A stretch of 64,000 bases of DNA from a candidate division WS1 bacterium (lineage in GTDB: Bacteria > Armatimonadota > Zipacnadia > Zipacnadales > UBA5352): NCBI GenBank assembly GCA_003566775.1, contig PXBW01000087.1, forward strand, positions 1,649 to 65,648, given 5' to 3'. Shown one piece after another: positions 44,723 to 53,383 of the stretch. The notes under the pieces are model-generated. The model saw only the letters and a program-made list of their open reading frames with translations, made no database searches and was not told where the DNA came from. Position 1 is the stretch's first letter. Every line of letters starts with the position of its first letter. The position numbers were made by a program, and so were the translations under genes.

Positions 44723-46375
44723 ATGGCGCAGAATATGGCTTTTCGCACGGGGGTAAGAGCGATGTCCGCGATTCCCGAAGTGAAGTTCGATGGTTACTAC
44801 AATCACGAGCAGATCACCGACTTCCTGAAGACCGCCGAGACCGCTGCCGGTGATCTAATGAACGTCAGAAGCCTGGCACAGACGCCTGAGGGGCGGGACA
44901 TCTGGCTGGCGACGCTCGCCGACCCCTCGACCGGCCCGCCTGAAGACAAGCCCGCGTATCATGTACAGGCCAACGTCCACGCTCATGAGGTGGGCGGTAC
45001 CTCGGCAGTACTGCACCTGCTGCGCAGTCTTCTGACCTCCCCGGAGGCGCGGGAGCTTCTGGCCGATCTGACCTTCTACGCGGTGCCCCGGATCAACCCT
45101 GACGGTGCGGAGTACGCGCTCTCCACCCTCTCTGAGATCCGAAGTCGCGCGGAGATCGATGAGAAGATCAACGGCATTATCCCGCAGGATCTCAACGGCG
45201 ACGGGATGATTCTCAACATGCGCTGGGAGGACCGCACCGGGCCGCTGGTTTAGGATCCGCAGGATGAGCGTCTGTTGGTTCCCCGCCGCCCCGGTGATGA
45301 AGGACCTTTCTACCGCCAGTGCATCGAGGGTCTCGTGCACGAGTATAACGGGGGGCCGTTGCGGCGTTCAGTCAACAGCTACGATTACAACCGCAACTAC
45401 CCGGCAGGCTGGGATCGCAACACCGACCAGGCCGCCTATCCCTTCGAGCATCCGGAGATGCGGGCGCTGGGCGAGTTCCTGCTTACAACGCCGAACATCT
45501 TCGCGGGGATCGACTTCCACGGTGGTCCCCCGGCTATCCTCCATCCAGCGGACATGGAGGGCGAGGAGATGAAGGAATCCGATCTCGGTATCGTCCTCGA
45601 GATCGGACGTATCGGCGAGAGGATCACCGGCATCAAGCTCATGAGCAGTCCCGACTATCGTGATTCATGGCGCGGGCCCTCCCCCCGGCCGGGTAACTCC
45701 AAGGACTTCGGGCATTACGTTCTGGGTGCCTCCTGGTACGTGATCGAGTTGGGATGGGGTTACAGCACGGCGGGCATCGGTACCGAGGAGTACTACGATG
45801 CCACACAGGAGATGCGGGAGCGGGAGTTCAGGCGCGAGATCATGCGCTTTGCCGACGACCACGCGGAGAGCGACAGCAGGGTGCTCTTCGTACCATGGGA
45901 AGACTACGATCATCCGCAGCTTGGCGCGGTTCAGATCGGCGGCCTTACCCGCGCGGCGACATCGCATATCTATCCGCCGGAGATGGGCAAGATCGCCGAA
46001 AAAACCACCAGCTTTCTGCTGGAGCATGCCGCATGGCATCCACAGCTTCTGCTCGACGACCTCGAGGCGACCGCCGTGGGTAGCGATCTCTACCGCGTCC
46101 GTGGACGCATTGCCAATATCGGCCGGCTTGCCACGAACGTCATGTCCACCGGCCTCGAGGCTCGTACGCATCAGCCGGTTCGTGTGAGCGTCGAGCAATC
46201 CGGTGAGATCGAGATTATCTCACGCCAGAGGACAATGGAGTTCGACTCGCTCGGGGCCAACGGGGCGTTCCGTCCCCTGGAGTGGTTCATCGCCGCCCCT
46301 GCGGGCACCAGCGTTGAGATCATGGCGACACATCCCCGCGGCGGCCTATGCCGCGAGACCGTGACTCTGCCCTGA
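44723..46375 (+). pseudogene. M14-family zinc carboxypeptidase interrupted by a single in-frame TAG (45251-45253)
   Basis: ORFs 44723-45253 and 45275-46375 are in the same frame. The zinc ligand motif HAHEVGG (HxxE) and INPDG are in the first part; DYNRNYP and the third ligand region DFHGG are in the second. Read-through gives ...RWEDRTGPLV*DPQDERLLVPRRPGDEGPFYRQ... Confidence 0.75.
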
Positions 46376-46765
46376 CGGTTATTCGTGCACTTGCTTCCGC
46401 CGATTACTCTCCGATCCGCTCACCGGCTGTTTTCAGCCGTGCCGGTCAGGCCGACAGAGGCGCCTGATCTACGCGGCGGCTGTGCTTGACGCTACAGGCA
46501 TTAGCCCGGGTCCGACCGGCAGGGAGCACAACGAAGCACCCTCGCCTGGATAGCCGCATCTCTCCCCGCATGGCGTATCCTGCGAACTGCGATGATTTGG
46601 CGTTGGGCCATGTCTGGTGTTGGCCTCTTTCGGGCGGAGGATGGTCGCGCATCGGACCACTGTCGGCAATCCCTGCAGGAACGATCTACTGTGACGGGAA
46701 TAGCTTACCTGAGGGTGAAAACAAGTCGTGCCAAGAACTGTCGCGGCGCGGAGGTGACTGAGTGA

Positions 46766-47431
46766 ATGGCTGAAGAGGCTCACGACGTTACAGGTCGGGA
46801 GATTGAGATAGCGACAGAGATGGGATCCACGTTCGGAGAACTCGCTGTTCCGGAGGGATCTGCCGGGGTCGTGCTCTTCGCGCACGGAAGTGGCAGCGGA
46901 CGGCACTCTCCCCGCAACAACTTCGTTGCAGGTATTCTCCGCGAAGCCGGTCTGGCCACGTTTCTGATGGACCTGTTGACCGAGGAGGAAGAGCGAGTGG
47001 ACATGCGCACTCGTGAGTTCAGGTTTGACATCGACCTTCTGGGAGAGCGCCTCAGGCTTGCGACGGATCGGCTTGCCGAGGATGAGGAGGCCGGTGGGCT
47101 CAAGATTGGCTACTTCGGCTCCAGCACAGGCGCTGCGGCTGCGATTGTCGGGGCGGCTGGACGAGACGACATCCACGCTATCGTATCACACGGTGGCAGG
47201 CCGGACCTTGCCCGCGAGGCACTCGAGCAGTTTGCCGCGCCTATCCTGCTCATCGTCGGCGCAAACGACCGACAGGTGCTTCAGATGAATCGGGATGCGA
47301 TGGAGCGGATGGGCGCACCCGCCGAACTCAAGATCGTCGAAGGCGCCGGCCATCTGTTCGAGGAACCGGGCACGCTGGAACAGGTCGGCGATCTCGCGGC
47401 GGCCTGGTTCAACAAGCACTTCGACGTATAG
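46766..47431 (+). CDS. Alpha/beta hydrolase, dienelactone-hydrolase family
   Basis: VVLFAHGSGSGRHSPRN, a nucleophile elbow GYFGSSTGAAAA (GxSxG), and a C-terminal GAGHLFEEPG. A GGAGGTG RBS is present. Confidence 0.8.
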   Translation: MAEEAHDVTGREIEIATEMGSTFGELAVPEGSAGVVLFAHGSGSGRHSPRNNFVAGILREAGLATFLMDLLTEEEERVDMRTREFRFDIDLLGERLRLATDRLAEDEEAGGLKIGYFGSSTGAAAAIVGAAGRDDIHAIVSHGGRPDLAREALEQFAAPILLIVGANDRQVLQMNRDAMERMGAPAELKIVEGAGHLFEEPGTLEQVGDLAAAWFNKHFDV

Positions 47432-47475
47432 ATGCACCCACACAATACCCAGAACTGGATTGAGGGGATGAGAAG

Positions 47476-47913
47476 ATGGAATCTCCAAGACTTATACCGT
47501 TCGAAGTGACACTGCAGAAGACCGATGAGTGGATGAAAGACGTAATGGAAGAGCTTGGGCCGGACGATCCGCAGATGGCCTACCGCTCTCTGCGCGCGGT
47601 GCTGCATTCTCTGCGCGACCAAATGATGCCGGGCGATGTGATGAACACGTCGGCGCAGATGCCGATGCTTATCCGTGGCCTGTTTCTGGAGGGTTGGAAG
47701 GCTACGCCACCAGAAGGGGATATCGACACGCAGGAGGAGTTCTTCGCCCTGGTGAACGAGGAACTCATGGTGCCGGCCGACGTGGGCCCCGAGGATTCGA
47801 CGCGAGCGATCTTCCGAGTTCTCGAGAAACGCATCTCGTGCGGTGAGGTACAGGACATCCAGGGCATGTTGCCGGATCCTCTGAAGGGACTGTGGACTGA
47901 GGCATGCAAGTGA
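47476..47913 (+). CDS. DUF2267 domain protein
   Basis: FEVTLQKTDEWMKDVMEELG...AYRSLRAVLHSLRDQM...SAQMPMLIRGLFLEGW matches the DUF2267 pattern as I remember it. Confidence 0.7.
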   Translation: MESPRLIPFEVTLQKTDEWMKDVMEELGPDDPQMAYRSLRAVLHSLRDQMMPGDVMNTSAQMPMLIRGLFLEGWKATPPEGDIDTQEEFFALVNEELMVPADVGPEDSTRAIFRVLEKRISCGEVQDIQGMLPDPLKGLWTEACK

Positions 47914-47927
47914 GCTAATGCGGACCG

Positions 47928-47948
47928 AACGGTGTTCACCACACCGTT
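47928..47948 (+). terminator. Hairpin 1 downstream of DUF2267 gene
   Basis: aacggtgt-(tcacc)-acaccgtt forms an 8-bp perfect stem. Confidence 0.4.
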
Positions 47949-47963
47949 AAGTCATATCCGGGA

Positions 47964-47993
47964 GCGGCGCGTGACCGGTCGGTCACGCGCCGC
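47964..47993 (+). terminator. Hairpin 2, strong GC-rich stem-loop
   Basis: gcggcgcgtgacc-(ggtc)-ggtcacgcgccgc forms a 13-bp perfect stem. No obvious U-tract. Confidence 0.45.
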
Positions 47994-48107
47994 GTTATGA
48001 CATGGCCTTCGCCTTCCGAAGAGGTCCTCTGCATTCCCAGAAGTACCGTCGGCACAACTGTGAGATAATCCCGGCCTTGCCACAAACGACGCGTATTTCC
48101 TGGTGGC

Positions 48108-49124
48108 ATGGAGGCGACCCTGATGACGAACCGCGAACGCGTGATCTGTGCACTGAAGCACCAGCCACCGGATCGCGTGCCATATCAGGTTGGATTCACC
48201 GCGGCGGCTCGCGATGCGATGGAAGAGCGGTACGGCCAGAAATGGTCCGCAGCGCTCGACAACTGCTTTCACGGCGTATCGACGGCCTCCGGCCCCCTGC
48301 AGGGATGGCTCTCCGAGACGGTGTGGCAGGACGATTTCGGAGTGCAATGGGACCGCAGCGTTGACCGGGACATCGGGGTCGTGTGCAACTGCCTTCTACC
48401 CGAACGCAACCTCGACCACCTGACCTTTCCGGAGCCCCGTGATCCTCGCCGCTGGGAAGGCTTCGAGTCGGCCGTCGCTGCAGCGCAGGATCGCTGTGTG
48501 CAATTCTGCATTGGATTCTCCCTCTTCGAGCGCGCGTGGACACTGCGCGGGATGGAGAATCTACTTGTGGACATGCTGGAGGCACCAGCGTTCGTGGATG
48601 ATCTGTTCGATATGATCTGCGATTACAATGTCGCAATGATCGAGCGGGCGGTGAGCTACGAAATAAACGTGGTGCATTTCGGCGATGACTGGGGAGCCCA
48701 GCGTGGTCTGATCATGGGCCCGGAGATGTGGGAGCGCTTCCTGGCCCCACGTCTGCAGCGAATGTACGGCGCTGCTAAGGATGGGGGAAAGCTCGTGTCG
48801 ATACACTCCTGCGGGAAGGTCCAGGAGCTTTTCCCTCGCCTCATCGAGCTTGGACTGGATTGCTTCAACCCATTCCAGCCCGAAGTCATGGATCCCTGGG
48901 AGATGAAGCACGAGTTCGGTGATAGGCTGGCCTTCTGGGGCGGCGTCAGCACTCAGCGGCTCCTGCCTTACGCGAGTCCGGATGAAGTTCGCGCGGAGGT
49001 GCAGCGTCTCCTGGAGGGGATCGGTGAAGGCGGCGGATACATCTGTGCTCCGGCGCATTCGATCCCCGGTGACGCACGACCGGAGAACGTAATGGCGATG
49101 ATCGAGGTACTGACCGATCAGTAA
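48108..49124 (+). CDS. URO-D family protein, paralog 2
   Basis: NRERVICALKHQPPDRVP, FGDDWGAQRGLIMGP, IHSCGKV, FNPFQPEVMDP and FWGGVSTQRLLPY are collinear with the paralog at 37029-38099. Confidence 0.75.
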   Translation: MEATLMTNRERVICALKHQPPDRVPYQVGFTAAARDAMEERYGQKWSAALDNCFHGVSTASGPLQGWLSETVWQDDFGVQWDRSVDRDIGVVCNCLLPERNLDHLTFPEPRDPRRWEGFESAVAAAQDRCVQFCIGFSLFERAWTLRGMENLLVDMLEAPAFVDDLFDMICDYNVAMIERAVSYEINVVHFGDDWGAQRGLIMGPEMWERFLAPRLQRMYGAAKDGGKLVSIHSCGKVQELFPRLIELGLDCFNPFQPEVMDPWEMKHEFGDRLAFWGGVSTQRLLPYASPDEVRAEVQRLLEGIGEGGGYICAPAHSIPGDARPENVMAMIEVLTDQ

Positions 49125-49196
49125 GATATGCGGCCGCCGGGCCCAATCTGGCTTGCAGGGCAGGTGACTGATGCGCCCGATGGCCTCTCGAAGAGA

Positions 49197-49889
49197 TCAG
49201 TCCATCCCGGCGAGCAACTCGACCACCCCGTCGAGGTTCGGGTAGCGATACTTCGCCTCGCCTTTACGGCGCACAAGTATCGCCGGAATACCCGCTCTCT
49301 CAGCGCCTTTAATGTCGGCCACAGGATTATCGCCAACCATCCAGAGTTGTTGCGCCTCCGCCGCCGCACCCCGACCAATCGCAAAAGCCTCAGGATGCGG
49401 CTTCTCATATCCGATCAGAGCGGAGGTTATGATCTCATCGAACAGAGGTAGCAGACCAAGCCCTCGCACAATCTCTGGGAGTTCCGGCACGTGGTTTGAC
49501 AGGATAACATGTCGCCAACCGCTCTCGCGCAGGGCCTCCAGCGCAGGCAGCGTATCCTCGTAGAGTCGGAACGACCCAGGATCGGTATATATCCTCCGCG
49601 TCGTTTTCGCAAGTGTGTCAGCGAGGTCCTCTTCATAGCCCAGGTCACGGAAGAGCCATGTGAAGTGGCCGCACAGGCTCGCCCACCAGCGCTCAGGGCT
49701 GTTGAGGTGGGGATGTTCGACCTGCGGCGAGTTCCAGGGAAAGCCCGATACGATGCGCGGATGGATGTCATCCCGGCAGAGATCATGCCCGGGGCAGTGT
49801 CGATCCAGCGCATCGAGCAGCGCGCCGCTCCAAACGCCCTCGCGCCAGGCGAGGGTTCCGTCAAAGTCCCAGAGGATCACGCTTCGCAT
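49197..49889 (-). CDS. HAD-superfamily hydrolase
   Basis: Motif I ILWDFDGTL, motif III/IV region MVGDNPVADIKGAERAGI. Confidence 0.8.
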   Translation of the reverse strand: MRSVILWDFDGTLAWREGVWSGALLDALDRHCPGHDLCRDDIHPRIVSGFPWNSPQVEHPHLNSPERWWASLCGHFTWLFRDLGYEEDLADTLAKTTRRIYTDPGSFRLYEDTLPALEALRESGWRHVILSNHVPELPEIVRGLGLLPLFDEIITSALIGYEKPHPEAFAIGRGAAAEAQQLWMVGDNPVADIKGAERAGIPAILVRRKGEAKYRYPNLDGVVELLAGMD

Positions 49890-49967
49890 TGCTTCACATT
49901 ACTCCTATCACACAAGCTGAGTTCACGTTGCAGCGGCACGGTGTCGCGCCTTCATCTGATCTGTAGT

Positions 49968-50810
49968 TCATCGGTCGCCATCTTCGATACCGTACGCCCG
50001 CGCGCAGTTCGCGCCCAGGATGCCACTCTGCACATCCTCCGGCATTCCGTGGAGGTAGCTCATCACCACGGCGACCGTCTGTTCATAGGTTGCGGCCACG
50101 AGGCAGGCGGGCCAGTCCGCGCCAATCATCAATCGTTCAGGCTCAAATGCATCGAAGACCACGTCGAGGTAGTGCTGAAGCTGTTTGGGAGTCCAACTCT
50201 CCCAGTCGGCTTCCGTCACCATCCCCGAGAGCTTGCAGTAAACGTTGTCATGAGCGGCGATTCTATGCAGTTCGGTGGCCCACGGCTCGAACTCCCCGGA
50301 GCGTATATCCGGCTTCCCGATGTGATTTAGCACGAATGTCTGTTGCGGGAAGTGTCCGACCAGCTCCGTGGCGGCAGGAAGCTGCGGGGCGTAGATCAGT
50401 ATGTCATAGGCGAGATCACACTTCGCGAGCTTGCCGATGCCGCGCAGAAATTCGTCCTGCAGCATAAAGCGGGGATCGTCTTCATCCTGCACGACGTGAC
50501 GGGCCGCGACAAACCGCGGATGATCGCAGAGTATCTCAAGGTGATCGCCAAGCGCGGGATTGCGCAGATCCAACCATCCGACCACACCGCGGATGACCGG
50601 GTACTTATCCGCAAGCTCCAGCAGCCACCCTGTCTCCAGGAGGGTCTGCCGGGCCTGCACGGCAATCAACCCATCGAAACCGAGGGGCTCGGCGGTCTTC
50701 ATCCAGTCCTCAGGCAGAAAGTCGCGCCGGATTACGTTCATGTTCTCCGTGATCCAGGCGTAATCGGTCTCATTGTAGCGCCAGAAATGCACGTGAGCAT
50801 CCAGCCGCAT
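49968..50810 (-). CDS. Amidohydrolase_2 family metal-dependent hydrolase (L-fuconolactonase-like)
   Basis: MRLDAHVHFWRYNETDYAWI is the typical N-terminal HxH motif of this family. ATG 50810 lies 8 nt after GGAGG. Confidence 0.75.
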   Translation of the reverse strand: MRLDAHVHFWRYNETDYAWITENMNVIRRDFLPEDWMKTAEPLGFDGLIAVQARQTLLETGWLLELADKYPVIRGVVGWLDLRNPALGDHLEILCDHPRFVAARHVVQDEDDPRFMLQDEFLRGIGKLAKCDLAYDILIYAPQLPAATELVGHFPQQTFVLNHIGKPDIRSGEFEPWATELHRIAAHDNVYCKLSGMVTEADWESWTPKQLQHYLDVVFDAFEPERLMIGADWPACLVAATYEQTVAVVMSYLHGMPEDVQSGILGANCARAYGIEDGDR

Positions 50811-50829
50811 GGTTCTCGCCTCCAATCAA

Positions 50830-51612
50830 TCAACCATCTTCAGGCGAAACAGCAATCTCTGCGTTGGAAAGATACGGCATTCCACCCCATCCGACTCTGA
50901 CGATTCCCTCAACGGCGACCTGCTGTCCGGGTGAGAACTCGGGAGACCTGATAATCAGGTGCCCGATCCACGTGGTATCGGTGCAGTGAATCGCACCACT
51001 TTCATCGTGCACCACCCAGGTTGCTACCGCGGGAGCGCCTCCCGCCAACGACGCAGGCCGTCCCGCCGGGTCCGAGCCATTGAACACGCCCTCGATGCGC
51101 ACCCTTCGATGCACCCACGCGGGCAAATCCGAGACAAGCTCGCTTACCGAGAGCAAAGGCGGATCGTCCGGAGGGTAGGTGTCCCAGTAGATCCTCTCTC
51201 GCCCGAGATCAACCTGCAGATCTCCGCCGCCGATGATGCGCAACACGATTGCAGGCGCGTACATTCTCCCATCCAGTCTCTGCGGCGCGAATGGAAGATC
51301 GGAGCTATACTCGTTGACCCGCACCTGTGCGCGATCGGGATATACCTGACCCACGCGCGTGAGGCGATGACGCCGCGGAAGATGCTCGATGTGCCCGGTG
51401 ATCTCAATGTAAGGCTCATTACGTGCATGATACTGCACCACGAAGCCGGCCGCCTCAAACGTCTCCCGAACAGGAATCGCGATCTGCCGCGCTCCGTATT
51501 CATCGAGTTCCGAGATGATCGGAAACGGCATCTCCACCTCGACGCCATTGAGCACGAGCGTCAGAACCATCAGTGTGGCCGCTGCAAGTTCCAACCATTC
51601 CACCTTCTCCAT
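50830..51612 (-). CDS. Membrane-anchored protein with copper-amine-oxidase-N-terminal-like (stalk) domain, hypothetical
   Basis: N-terminal hydrophobic segment LELAAATLMVLTLVL, followed by NGVEVEMPFPIISELDEYGARQIAIPVRETFEAAGFVVQY (Cu_amine_oxidN1-like pattern). Confidence 0.5.
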   Translation of the reverse strand: MEKVEWLELAAATLMVLTLVLNGVEVEMPFPIISELDEYGARQIAIPVRETFEAAGFVVQYHARNEPYIEITGHIEHLPRRHRLTRVGQVYPDRAQVRVNEYSSDLPFAPQRLDGRMYAPAIVLRIIGGGDLQVDLGRERIYWDTYPPDDPPLLSVSELVSDLPAWVHRRVRIEGVFNGSDPAGRPASLAGGAPAVATWVVHDESGAIHCTDTTWIGHLIIRSPEFSPGQQVAVEGIVRVGWGGMPYLSNAEIAVSPEDG

Positions 51613-51630
51613 TGCGCATGTTAACTTGAC

Positions 51631-53175
51631 CTATCCGCCACAAGCGGGCCCGTACGGACTCAGCGCCACGGTGAAGTACGAGTTGAAGATCGTGTCATCG
51701 CGCTCGGTGGCGAAGCGCCAGATGCGCCCCAGCATCTCCCTGCGCACCTCGTTCAACTCCGGCGGAAGCTCCGGCCATGGCTGGAACTCGCCCGGCGAGC
51801 GCCGCTCCGGCACGTTGTCATGCCCGATCGGATTGCGGCATGGGGCAGCGAGGTTGTGCATCTCATGCGGATCCTCGCGCCGGTCGTAAAGCTCGTCGAA
51901 GTCAAAGGCGTTGTACACGTACTTCCACTCATCGGTGAATACCGTGCGCTGGGTGTAGTATACCTCCACGCCATTGAACTGCAGGTGCATCTCGTCGCGC
52001 CAGTCACCGGGCGTATCGCCCGCCAGCAGCGGCACGATGCTGCGCCCGGGCATGTTGCTGTCGGGCTCCGGGCAGCCAGCGATCTCGCGGAAAGTGTTCG
52101 CCATGTCCGCGTGGGTGGTGAACTCGTCGCAGGTCGCTCCCGCCTGCGCGCCACCGGGCCAGCGGACCGCCAGCGGTATTTTATACGCGCCATCGAAGGC
52201 CGGGACGCCCTTGCAGTAGAGGCCGTGGTCGCCGCAGTAGTCGCCGTGGTCGGAGGTGAAGACCACCATCGTGTTGTCGAGTTCGCCTGTCGCCTCCAGC
52301 GCGTCGAGCACCTCGCCGAACATCGCATCGAGCATCGTGCAGTAGCCCCAGTAATGGGCGATCGACTCGCGCACCTCGCGCTCGGACATCTGCCCCCAGT
52401 ACTGGTGCCTCATGCGCTGGTAGACGCGCGGCTTGTCCTCGAGCGTGTCGCGGAAGCTCGCGGGAAGCTCGATCTCGTCTGGATCGTACATCGTCGCGAA
52501 CTTTTCGGGGATCGTGAACGGATCGTGTGGGCCGATCAGCCCGCAGTAGAGCATCCACGGCGCGTCGCCCTCGGCAAGGCGCGGCAGTTCGTCGATTGCT
52601 TCGCGCGTCACGGTGTAGTCGCGCAGGTTCTCGTAGCCCTTCGGGCCGCCGTCGGGCCGCGATGCGTAGATGTGCCGGTTGCCCCAGCCGGGGCGCAGGA
52701 TCTGCCCGTCCTCGCGCGGGCGGTCGGGGTCTTCGTCCTCGACGGCGCGGATGATGCGCTCCAGCGCCGAGTCGTTGCTGTCTGAGGCGCGGCCTGTGAC
52801 GGTAGCAAGCTCCCGCCAGCCCCGGTCGGCAGGGTCCTCGAGGCCGGAGACGTGCCACTTGCCGGTGTACGCGAGGTCCCAGCCTGCCTCACTGAGGTCC
52901 TCGGAGAAGCAGCGGATGCCGTCATTGAGGCCCTCGGAGAGCCGGGTGTTGGTGAGGATGTTGTTCCAGACGCCATGCTGTGAGGGATAGTGTCCGGTCA
53001 TGAAGCTGGCACGCGCGGGGCAGCAGTGCGCGGTTTGCGTGTAGTGGTTGGTGAAGAGCACGCCCTCGTCGATGATGCGCTGGACGTTAGGCGTCTGGCA
53101 GGGATGATCGGGGTGTATGACATCGGCGCGCTGCTGGTCGGTGTGAAATATGAGCACATTGGGCGTATCGGCCAT
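51631..53175 (-). CDS. Sulfatase (formylglycine-dependent arylsulfatase family), no signal peptide
   Basis: NVLIFHTDQQR, the sulfatase signature C-x-P-x-R in AHCCPARASFMTGHYPSQHG, and the downstream VVFTSDHGD. Confidence 0.9.
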   Translation of the reverse strand: MADTPNVLIFHTDQQRADVIHPDHPCQTPNVQRIIDEGVLFTNHYTQTAHCCPARASFMTGHYPSQHGVWNNILTNTRLSEGLNDGIRCFSEDLSEAGWDLAYTGKWHVSGLEDPADRGWRELATVTGRASDSNDSALERIIRAVEDEDPDRPREDGQILRPGWGNRHIYASRPDGGPKGYENLRDYTVTREAIDELPRLAEGDAPWMLYCGLIGPHDPFTIPEKFATMYDPDEIELPASFRDTLEDKPRVYQRMRHQYWGQMSEREVRESIAHYWGYCTMLDAMFGEVLDALEATGELDNTMVVFTSDHGDYCGDHGLYCKGVPAFDGAYKIPLAVRWPGGAQAGATCDEFTTHADMANTFREIAGCPEPDSNMPGRSIVPLLAGDTPGDWRDEMHLQFNGVEVYYTQRTVFTDEWKYVYNAFDFDELYDRREDPHEMHNLAAPCRNPIGHDNVPERRSPGEFQPWPELPPELNEVRREMLGRIWRFATERDDTIFNSYFTVALSPYGPACGG

Positions 53176-53383
53176 GATCGGACACCTGCTTTCGAAGCGT
53201 CCCTGCCTTTAGGACGCAGATGTCCTTCGCCGTGCACGCGCCGATACCTGCGCATCGGACGTTTGGGCCGACACTCCTGAGAACCTTCGTGAGGCCGTGG
53301 AGGCGCGCTTACCTGCGCGCTGCCCGTTCAGTAGTCGCCGCCTGCTCAACTGCCCCTCTCCAAGTCGCACAATTCTTTGCCGT

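Noticed and set aside
46469-47176. 235-aa minus-strand ORF
   Set aside because: It overlaps the dienelactone-hydrolase-family gene (GxSxG, RBS-supported) in antisense and has no motif.
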